Shown piece by piece: positions 55,101-64,000 of a DNA stretch of 64,000 bases. Location: assembly GCA_002633005.1 (NCBI GenBank), contig NMRA01000213.1:103892-167891 (forward strand), given 5' to 3'. The number at the start of each line of letters is the position of its first letter. Position 1 is the stretch's first letter. The notes under the pieces are model-generated. The model saw nothing but the letters and a program-made list of their open reading frames with translations, was not told the DNA's origin and did no database searches. The stretch is from Phoronis australis (Eukaryota > Animalia > Phoronida). The position numbers were made by a program, and so were the translations under genes.

Positions 55101-58032
55101 TTTTTGAAACACTACCATACATGTATATTTAAGGGAATGCAGCTGAGCCAGCAGGGCGGTTGGATGCGCCGTGAAAATTTTAGGATTGACTCTATGCTGG
55201 AGCTTATCCCAGAAAAAGTTTTTTGTTGCCGATAATGTAACTTTATGTTGATGTACAATCCATGTTTAATTTCATCAAGCTGTTTGACACATACTGAGTC
55301 GAGGTATTTATTTAATTGTGTCTTGACGGGGAATTTTACACGGAGGTGTGCCATGCTTGGTTGAGTTCACGAAATAATTCAAATTTCACAATCAATAGTT
55401 ACAAGATGTTATATTCATTTCAATGTCAGACAATAGAAATCTTTTAACTGTTTTTCAACCTACTCTTACATGTGTTTATGTTACTGCAGACACCCAGACA
55501 TATTTTCCAAGAGAAAAGCAGATGACACCACGCAGCTGATTCACACTTTCCAGGCCACAGAGCTCGTGGGCATTGTCTCGCTCTTGTACGGCATGCTGCT
55601 CCATAGTGAGGCTCCTGCCCGTGGCGAGGCCCCGCCCCCAGAGTTACCCCAACACACTGTGACTGTGGCTGTCTCAGGAATACGTCTGCTCAATCACATG
55701 GCCAGACTGGATCTGGACATGTTTCAGGTACAGCTGGGTTTAAAGTTTATTACAGCTGGGGTCAAAGGTTAATACTTGTGTCATCAGGCCCTTTCATACT
55801 AACATCAATGTGTCGATGTTTTGGGGAGTTGCGGTCAGTATGAACAGTTAACTTCGGTCCTGGATCGAAGCGCCAGTTCGCAGTGAACAGGTGGATTTAA
55901 CAGCGGAGCGTCGACGTTGCAGTGCGGTATGAATGGTCAACTTCAGTCCCATCAAAGTTGTCATCAGGGGCCATTGTTATCGTCAACAACTAAAAGGCTG
56001 TGTTGTCGCTAATAGTTGCTTATATTTTGCTCGAGTGATCACCAATCGAATTAGAAATAAGTTTTATGTCAGTTGGCACTTATAATAATGCTCTCGAATT
56101 GTCACATTCTGAAATGACATGGTCACATGACCGTGTTTATGATGGATTGGGGTTTCAGAAAATGATTTTGATTCAGTAGTTTTGTCGATATTGAGCTCAA
56201 CTGCACAGATTTGTTGATAAGATTATGTAGTACATTATTGTTAAGTCTCATGTAGATAAAAATCTGTAATAAAAGTACTTACTTTCTGAAAGTAAAGCGT
56301 CTGTAGAATTTGATTTTTGACTTTTACCAAATGGCTCAGTCATTGATAATAATTTGCTCACATGACCATGTCTTTTCAGTAAAATTTAGGACAAAGGAAA
56401 GATACATTAATAGCAAAGCAATGGGACATGAACAAATTTTCTTTGATCTGAATGTTCAAGATGAGATCTCAAAACACTTTTACAATTTCCTCAAATATTT
56501 CATTTTCATGTTATACAACTTAAAATTTCTTACATTAAAATCATATGATTCATACTTTTGATAGCCCCTCATCCAAAAGTAGATTTTAGAATCATTTTCT
56601 AACAGGGGTTTGGAGAACAATGCGTAGAGCATAGTGTCTGACCGTTCCAAAGTTAGCTAAATTTGGTCCTACTTAACCCCAGAACCTCTCTGTTGTAGAA
56701 GTCGCTGGGTGAGGAAGGAATCTCGCTACAATACCGCCACATCTCCAGCTACCTGTTATGGTACTGTACTCACTGTATGGCGGAGGAACTACTGCATGAG
56801 GTCATACTCTGCGTGGGCTACTTTACGGTACTCAACTCGGATAACCAGGTTAGTAAGTGCAGCTTCCTCTGGGCTGTGTTAGTTAGATCCAAGGCAAGAC
56901 ATTCAATGAGAGCTAGTGGGATCACGTGGTGCGCTTGTAATGTATGACGATATCTCATGAAGACTTACGTGATCTTGCATTTCTGCTAGTCTCTTGCATC
57001 CATGGAATGTAGCCTTGATGCATGATCAGGTTTGCGTAAGCTAAGATCCATTTTTAGCATTGATTTACCAGAATTTATCTTCTGTGCACATGGCCCAAAT
57101 ACACAGATGNAGAATCATTTTCTAACAGGGGTTTGGAGAACAATGCGTAGAGCATAGTGTCTGACCGTTCCAAAGTTAGCTAAATTTGGTCCTACTTAAC
57201 CCCAGAACCTCTCTGTTGTAGAAGTCGCTGGGTGAGGAAGGAATCTCGCTACAATACCGCCACATCTCCAGCTACCTGTTATGGTACTGTACTCACTGTA
57301 TGGCGGAGGAACTACTGCATGAGGTCATACTCTGCGTGGGCTACTTTACGGTACTCAACTCGGATAACCAGGTTAGTAAGTGCAGCTTCCTCTGGGCTGT
57401 GTTAGTTAGATCCAAGGCAAGACATTCAATGAGAGCTAGTGGGATCACGTGGTGCGCTTGTAATGTATGACGATATCTCATGAAGACTTGCGTGATCTTG
57501 CTTTTCTGCTAGTCTCTTGCATCCATGGAATGTAGCCTTGATGCATGATCAGGTTTGCCTATTGCTCAGATCCATTTTTAGCATTGATTTACCAGAATTT
57601 ATTTTCTGTGCACATGGCCCAAATACACAGATGTGACATGTTGCATAATAATTGTACTAGTGGTAACTTTTAGAATCAATTTTACCCTGTACTTTAGCCT
57701 CGCCCACACTCTTTTGTCGTCTGCACAAAAGCTCTTCTAATAATCCTCTGTATCACTGGCTACTGAACTCCACTAATCACATTCTTGCTCTCTCCACTGG
57801 CTTCTGATGTCCACCAATCACATTCTTGCACTCTCCACAGGTGGTGATACAGTCTGGCCAATCCCCCACTGTGCTTCAACAGCTGTGCTCCCTGCCGTTC
57901 CAGTATTTCAGCGACCCCCGCCTCATCAACGTGTTGTTCCCGACGCTGATCATGTCCTCGTACGATAACCGGGAGAACACAAAAATACTTGAACAGGAGC
58001 TCAGCTGCGCCCTGTTGGCAAATTTCATCGAG
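31129..58032 (+). CDS. SCAPER: S-phase cyclin A-associated protein in the ER, >=1490 aa; final exon(s) not located
   Basis: Exons 31129-31305, 33247-33367, 35228-35487, 36120-36223, 37493-37764, 38386-39065, 40292-40492, 44467-44672, 45132-45243, 45760-45900, 46330-46485, 47464-47688, 47963-48121, 49448-49546, 49888-50084, 50509-50635, 51799-51911, 52383-52506, 53000-53268, 54256-54402, 55490-55727, 56699-56848, 57841-58032; phases consistent. Hallmarks: [67 protein letters not shown], coiled coil, C2H2 finger CSVC-x12-H-x5-[16 protein letters not shown]. Confidence 0.96.
31495..31818. mobile_element. hAT-like MITE family C with 6-bp TSD (SCAPER intron 1)
   Basis: TIR CAGACCTG(T/C)CAA...TTGGCAGGTCTG; perfect CATTAG duplication at 31489-31494 and 31819-31824; subterminal tctcacgca repeats. 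Confidence 0.8.
33935..34810 (+). mobile_element. Penelope-like retroelement fragment (GIY-YIG end + pLTR + ORF start)
   Basis: [10 protein letters not shown]....[23 protein letters not shown]...[19 protein letters not shown] (34142-34430) is a GIY-YIG endonuclease C-terminus. The downstream peptide [28 protein letters not shown] resembles a PLE N-terminus (partial-tandem layout). Boundaries are approximate. Confidence 0.8.
34592..34650 (+). ncRNA. Putative minimal type I hammerhead ribozyme in Penelope pLTR
   Basis: CTGAAGA-T-[GAGAC acgt GTCTC]-GAAA-TA-TC at 34599-34628. Stem I is weak (gtaac/gttac offset by an internal loop). Confidence 0.55.
39328..40149. mobile_element. PIF/Harbinger-like MITE (SCAPER intron 6)
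   Basis: ~35-bp TIRs GGGCTGTTCCAG(T/C)AAAATC(C/T)GT(G/A)TGGGAGGGGGGG; TAA duplication at 39325-39327 and 40150-40152. Confidence 0.85.
46569..47584. repeat. ~507-bp direct duplication joined by a single N (probable assembly artefact)
   Basis: 46569-47075 is repeated from 47077 with a few substitutions; the first copy of SCAPER exon 12 is cut off at the N (47076). Confidence 0.9.
48918..49314 (-). mobile_element. Family B transposon, truncated inverted copy
   Basis: Reverse complement of 58564-58938; ends CATTCCAAGCCCTG. Confidence 0.85.
54459..54700 (-). mobile_element. tRNA-derived SINE with 14-bp TSD
   Basis: Minus strand carries an A-box-like TGGCCTGGATG, a B box GGTTCGAGTCC and a T-rich 3' tail. 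Flanking direct repeat GGTGTTGCGGTTTA at 54445-54458 and 54701-54714. Confidence 0.85.
56588..57633. repeat. ~522-bp direct duplication joined by a single N, includes SCAPER exon 22 twice (probable assembly artefact)
   Basis: 56588-57109 is repeated at 57111-57633. Exon copies 56699-56848 and 57222-57371 look identical; the intronic parts differ by a few SNPs and an indel. Confidence 0.9.
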
Positions 58033-58501
58033 GTGAGTTGCGTGTTGACACATTGCTTAGAATACTGTCATGCCATGTTATTTCTCATTTGTATTAAAGG
58101 AGACGACATACTCAGTCTTTTTTGTTGAAAGGTAAGTAATCTTCAGACAACTACTTCGAGATTCCCTTATCCTTGTCTGAGGCTGCCATTGCTTCAGAAA
58201 GGTCCAACGGTCTTTTGAAATTTAAGTAGAATTATATCAGCTAAAATTTTTGCCGAGTGTATTATTGTCCTGCGTCATTGTTTCAAATCTTAATACTAGC
58301 AATCCTTAGACAGAATTTTCTTCTGAGTTGCTTGGTTTCAAGATACTGATTCAGCAAATTTCTGATGAACTGTAGTTCTAAATAACTCCCATCATAAATC
58401 TCCATGCAGCGCTATCTGAGAAAAGTATTGTTTTGGTTTACGCTCTGTGGCAGGACCCTTTGTTTTGGCTCTTTGGTATAATGGTGAGTTAGCATTCTGT
58501 A

Positions 58502-59447
58502 TACGACTAGTTAATGAATATTTCAGCCGGACATACTCAGTTAAAACTTTATGTTGCAGGAATCAGGGCTTGGAATGATCAATGACAAAATAAAGCGGGA
58601 ATTTTTACAGCCCAAAACATGCGCGTACCCAGCCTTTAAATAGACCTTTTGCCGACAAAAATCGGGAGGACTAAAAAAAAAAACGGTACCACCTCCAGAA
58701 CCGTGCGTCTGCGTCTTTTAAACTCGTCCGTCCACTCCCACCTCCACACGTTTTTGGCTGCAGTTGTAGTATTTGTCACCGCGGTTTACAATCACACGAA
58801 ACGCCATTGAAGAAATCCACCACGCTTTCCCAGATGCCCCAGCAATGTTGACAATTTACGTTCCTCCGAAACATACAGAGGAACTTTTTTACTTCCGCTT
58901 TTCGAGGAGAAAGAAATTTGCCGTGGAAATTTTATATCAAATCCGATTTTTTTACGCCGAAATATAATAGAATACGTGGACACAACATTTCAAAAAAGCG
59001 GAAATCCGTGTTTCCGCGGAAAATTCCAAGCCTTGAGGAAGCACATCTGTTCAATTTTATTGAAGATGGTCGATTGGGGGTCTCAGATCTTCCCGCTTGT
59101 CCTGTGAAACTGCAGTAGCGTGACCTCTGTTGGGTATTGAGTGAAATTCCCTCTGCATCAAGTTTTAGATAGGTTGAATCACGCTCCACCACACAGATTC
59201 AGGGAGGGATGTTTTGCCGAGATCCAAGAAGCTCAAATCAGTTATTCACTTACTGCCCGAGAGAGGTCATGATAGTGCAGTTTCACAGTAAAAATGAGAA
59301 TACCATAGACTGCCAGTCGACCATCTTCTGTTCAAGGGGACAGTTGTGATCCCCACAACTTGAAGTTTTAACTGGGTACGCATGGCTGAAATAGTCATAA
59401 CTAGTCATATATACGGACCTGGATGAACCATAATCTTCATCAGTTGA
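58502..59447 (-). mobile_element. Penelope-like fragment with inverted ends and 13-bp TSD, interrupted by a family B MITE
   Basis: TTAGCATTCTGTA at 58489-58501 and 59448-59460. Inverted repeat gactagtta..tatttcagcc..cagttaaaactt (58506-58549 vs 59363-59406). Minus-strand KHPSLNLCGGA*FNLSKT (~59160-59216) resembles a PLE endonuclease C-terminus. Confidence 0.65.
58564..59035 (+). mobile_element. Family B MITE, complete 472-bp copy
   Basis: TIRs CAGGGCTTGGAAT / ATTCCAAGCCTTG; flanks AGGAAT/AGGAAG. Confidence 0.85.
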
Positions 59448-60570
59448 TTAGCATTCTGTACTAGGCTTAATGACGCCGTTGCCCAAGCGGAGTTCATTTA
59501 CTGCCACAGAGGGAGTGTTCACCACCGCTAACTTGAGTTACTTCAGTTTGCAGTTTGGCTTAACCTAACTGGTGCTGTGTGGGACTTAGCACCAGAACGT
59601 TCTGTAACATCACAGTCCCTGCAGTGTTCTATGTCATTTCATTGTAAAACATTGTTTATTTTATTTTTATTTCACTATACTTGAGCCTTTCTATGATAGC
59701 GACATATTAATGCTCGACATGACGTAATTATAACACTCTATTAGCATTTTGAGAACCAGCTTGATGTCTATTATTCAGTTGAGAAGAATGGTTCTCAGAA
59801 TGAGAGCACATTATATCCGGTTATTACCCTTTTTTATTGAATGGTTCCACAGAGATTTCGTGGTGCATTAGAGCTTCCTCAAATATTGCATTATCTGTTC
59901 TATAAAAGACTATTAGCATGTTTGGGTAATAGTTTGGAATGAACTCGCCGATTCCCTGACCATACACTACGTTGTAGACAAAGTTAATTTTCGGTGGTCC
60001 CGGGTATGTTGTGGATTCAGTTTTGCGTACACTGCTTGAAGGTGTGTTACCATAGATACATTATATCACCTTAAGCTTATGGTACAGTTTTCCGTCACAG
60101 ATCTCATACCCACTCATGTGCCTCATCCTTGTTTATGTCATTTGTGTTTTGGGCTTGAATGTTTGGAGAAAATTTTCCAAACATCTAGTCTGTTTTAGAA
60201 AAGCTGGCGAAATCTCACCAGTCAGCAAAATTACTAAAGCAAAAATTCAGATAAATTTCATGTCATTTAGACTTTCATCTGTAGTTTTGTCATGACTGTG
60301 GTGACAGCTTGATGACTTTGGATAAAAAGTTCTCCACTTTTTGTTATCCAAATCATTGAAACTGCATTTCGCCTTGTTTAGCTGCCTGCAAAGCGAAAAT
60401 CACATTAGGTCTTTACTAGCAGAAAATCAGTCTCATAATGTTCTTTACCATGACAGGATTCTATTTCTGTTTCCAACAAGAACATCTAAACCATCAGTGA
60501 CTCAAGACTTAAGACGGCTTGACATGTTTCGGTGTTTGTTAAAACACCGTTATCAGAAAAAAGACAGTCG

Positions 60571-60644
60571 GAGGGCCAACAAATAACATGTAATGATACA
60601 CAGACAGTGAGGGCCAACAAATAACATGTAATGATACACAGACA
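60571..60644. repeat. 38-bp tandem duplication
   Basis: gagggccaacaaataacatgtaatgatacacagaca occurs twice. Confidence 0.9.
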
Positions 60645-60712
60645 CAATCAGTTACAGGGGAGTAACAATAGACTAGACTGACAATGAGTTAGTTTGGAGA
60701 ATGGAAACTTAT

Positions 60713-61808
60713 TGTAAGGAATGGTTTGAGACCGATTTTGTGAGAGTAATAGGCCCATTTTCATTTTTAGTAGAATTTTATCATGGTAAGGAATGGTTTG
60801 AGACCAACTTTGTGAGAGTAATGGGCCCATTTTCATTTTTAGTAGAATTTTATCATGGTAAGGAATGGTTTGAGACCAACTTTGTGAGAGTAATGGGCCC
60901 ATTTTCATTTTTAGTAGAATTTTATCATGGTAAGGAATGGTTTGAGACCAACTTTGTGAGAGTAATGGGCCCATTTTCATTTTTAGTAGAATTTTATCAT
61001 GGTAAGGAATGGCTTGAGACCAACTTTGTGAGAGTAATGGGCCCATTTTCATTTTTAGTAGAATTTTATCATGGTAAGGAATGGTTTGAGACCAACTTTG
61101 TGAGAGTAATGGGCCCATTTTCATTTTTAGTAGAATTTTATCATGGTAAGGAATGGTTTGAGACCAACTTTGTGAGAGTAATGGGCCCATTTTCATTTTT
61201 AGTAGAATTTTATCATGGTAAGGAATGGTTTGAGACCAACTTTGTGAGAGTAATGGGCCCATTTTCATTTTTAGTAGAATTTTATCATGGTAAGGAATGG
61301 NNNNNNNNNNNNNNNNNNNNNCGTGTGATTGTAAACCGCGGTGCCAAATACTACGGCTCTGCAGCCAAATATGTGTGGAGGTGGGAGTGGCAGACGAGCT
61401 AAAAAGACGCAGACGCACGCTTCTCGAGGTGGTACCGTTTTATTTTTTAGTCCTTCCGATTTTTCTCGGTAAAAGGTCCACACCGAGACTATTTCAAGGC
61501 TGGCAGCGTGCATGTTTTGGGCCGTAAAAAATTCTGCGTTATTTGTCATTGGTCATTCCAAGCCCTGAGTAATGGGCTCATTTTCATTTTTAGTAGAATT
61601 TTATCATGGTAAAGAATGGTTTGAGACCAATTTTGTAAGAGTAATGGGGCCCATATTCATTTTAGTACAATTTTATCATTGTAAGGAATGGTTTGGGACT
61701 AATTTTGTGAGAGTAATGGGCCCATTTACATTTTTAGTACAATTTTATCATGGTAAGGAATGGTTTGAGACCAATTTTATGAGAATAATGGGCCCATTTA
61801 CATTTTTA
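60713..61808. repeat. 72-bp minisatellite (~8 units + gap + MITE + ~3 diverged units)
   Basis: Unit ggtaaggaatggtttgagaccaactttgtgagagtaatgggcccattttcatttttagtagaattttatcat; period 72 (e.g. 60785, 60857). Confidence 0.95.
61322..61567 (-). mobile_element. Family B MITE copy inserted within the minisatellite (other end in gap)
   Basis: Matches 49073-49314; ends CATTCCAAGCCCTG, followed by repeat-unit sequence AGTAAT. Confidence 0.85.
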
Positions 61809-64000
61809 GGCCTGCTAAACGGGGCGAATTTGTTTTTAAGCTGGTGGTTGTAGCATCTGGTTAATGCTAGATTCAATATTGTACAGAAATTTCACAATCC
61901 TGCATTTGGTGCAATAACATCAACAGTACCAGGAACAAGGGCACCCCCTAGCAGTTGAGTACACCTCCATGAGTGCACCAGGCAACCATCAGATTTCCTG
62001 CCTGAGGTCCCTCAGGGCAGACTCTTGTTATGACGTCTGTGTGACAGTTAACAATAAACATCTGGTCTCAGTATAAACACTGCCATCCCACATTAACAGA
62101 CTGAAATCCTCATTCAACAAAAGCAGCTTCTCACACTTTCAAGATAACTTCTTTATGCTCCGACTGTGAGTCAACAAAGAACTCTGCCAATATCTAGAGC
62201 TCCTTGCTGAAAAATTCAAGGTTTCTGAGAAAATACTCGTAATTGCTTGTTGCTCATGTAATTTTCAAAAAATGTTTTTAAACTGAGATGTGCAAAAACT
62301 TTATTCTGTTTGCTTATATATATTTATTTATTGAACAGAATATTTGACAGTATAAAAAAGTAGTACACACACACACACGAGACATACATGCATCACAGCA
62401 TTACCCGAGATCAGAGTAATATCGGAAGATGAAAATAACACAAATAGAGGAATCATAGGGCCCACCATTCAATGAATAATTTATACTCACAATTATTACA
62501 AAAATTACTTTTTCAATCTTGTGATATCTAGAGAGTTTTTTTAGTAGCTGCAAACACGGAACTCTAGAGTTTAGTCTCGCTTTACAAATGTGATATTTAA
62601 CCAAACATATTACACATTTGCTGATCAAGTTTATTGGCATGTAAAGTGCCAAGGCGGACCTCTAAGTAATTATAATGGTATGCATAATACTAACACCAGT
62701 TTTTATATTTTGTGCTGTCAATGTTTGAATAAATACAGTAAAATTAAAAAAAAAAAACAGAATATTAACAAAATCGAACAAGTGAATAAATTAAAGTAAA
62801 ATTAAGAAGCATGACATTAACACAGTGTGACACAATATTAGATGACTAACTTCTTTAGTTTAGAACGAAATATTATGGAACATTGAATTTTTTTGTCCAA
62901 CATCTCGACAAAAGTAAAATGGAAGAAGCCACACTAGTTCAACCTTGTGTATTCTGCACCAGTTAGCCACAAACCATGTGGTCAAATTATGAGCGGTTTG
63001 GTGAACTTTAGAAAAATTGGAATTTTGTCATTTTTTATAATTTCATGATGTATTACTATAAGAAGCAACCCTCAGCTTTCAGTTGTTAAGTTTTTAGTCT
63101 CCTGCAGAGAAGATCATATGACTTGTAGTCATGCATTGGCACCATCTAGTGGCACTCTAGCTAAACTTTGCTTGGTGTTGTTTGGGGCCAGGCTGTATCC
63201 AAAGCCATTTTTCATGTAATATCCTAACTGCATTTCTCTGAGACAAGTCATTGCAGCGACAACTTGACAAAGTTGGTTGAATTCATAAGTCTTAAATCTT
63301 TGTGTACGTGGTCCGTGGTTTTATCTTTTTTTGTAATAGGGAGGCTTTACTCTCATTTCATTAAAATTTAAGTCAAAACAAGATTTCACCCCAAAACATG
63401 AACAATGGTTTTCAAAGATAGCATAGCATGGGTCTTTAATTTTAAGTGGTGATTTTCTTAAATTCCATATTATAATGTTTAATGGGATTTACTTATGTTC
63501 TAGTGACAAACAGTACAAGAAAAAGTAATCGGACAAAATTCTATTTCCCCGTCATGACGGATAATTTTGTTAACATCAAAAATGATTAGTAATAATTCAG
63601 ACAGCAAAATTCTAATTGTTTAATATCTTAGCCTTCTCATCAACTATCCCGCTAATACCCTTCATTGTCAGTCTGAGGGATGACTACGGTGATGGTGAGT
63701 TTGGTTTCTTTCCCAGTCATGACGGGAAGTTGCGGGACATTTTGTCTGAATACTTTTGGTGTGTGCTGCGCGATGATGAATTGAGCTGATCTGTGTTCGT
63801 CTTGATCCTCAATACATCTGCCTTCTGTGATATTCAGTGCTAAGAAAATATCCTTTAAACTGCGCCGCTTACTGCTGTAGGATCGTTCACCATCTTTACT
63901 ACGTGCAGATGAAATTGTTTGTGCGCTTTACAAAAACACTCATTGTTGCTGAAGACTGATCTCTATAGAGTGGTCTTCATAGATTGCCATTTTCTCTGTT

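Noticed and set aside
55787-55940. Harbinger-like short inverted-repeat element
   Set aside because: The TIRs are too degenerate and there is no clear TSD.
59200-59240. Hammerhead-like motif on minus strand (ctgatttga...gcaaaac)
   Set aside because: The core does not match CUGANGA/GAAA; it is better explained as the decayed PLE coding end.
60648-61418. 256-aa and 233-aa repetitive ORFs on opposite strands
   Set aside because: They arise from a 72-bp (multiple of 3) tandem repeat and run through Ns into a MITE; there is no evidence of coding.
60713-61808. CRISPR-like array
   Set aside because: Units are head-to-tail with no unique spacers, no cas genes are present, and the context is eukaryotic.

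Overview
This is intron-rich animal (invertebrate-like) genomic DNA, not prokaryotic, so most short ORFs in the six-frame track are spurious. I reconstructed three spliced genes by hand with consistent splice phases. (1) A 5-exon minus-strand type I membrane protein with a TPM/MOLO-1-like ectodomain (4763-13753). (2) DCP2 mRNA decapping enzyme, minus strand, 9 exons (21559-30710), containing a U12-type intron. (3) SCAPER, plus strand, at least 23 exons (31129-58032, last exon not found), head-to-head with DCP2 and containing a GC-AG intron. Also present are a tRNA-Val(AAC), L1/Tx1 and Tc1/mariner relics, and two Penelope-like retroelement fragments, one carrying a minimal hammerhead-ribozyme motif. 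The window also holds several MITE families with 3-, 5- or 6-bp target-site duplications, a tRNA-derived SINE, a recurring intronic hairpin family and a 72-bp minisatellite. Two N-joined duplications look like assembly artefacts. I found no clearly new multi-gene system. The best leads are the MOLO-1-like gene, the Penelope hammerhead, the intronic hairpin family and the 5/6-bp-TSD MITEs. All family assignments come from remembered motifs, not database searches.
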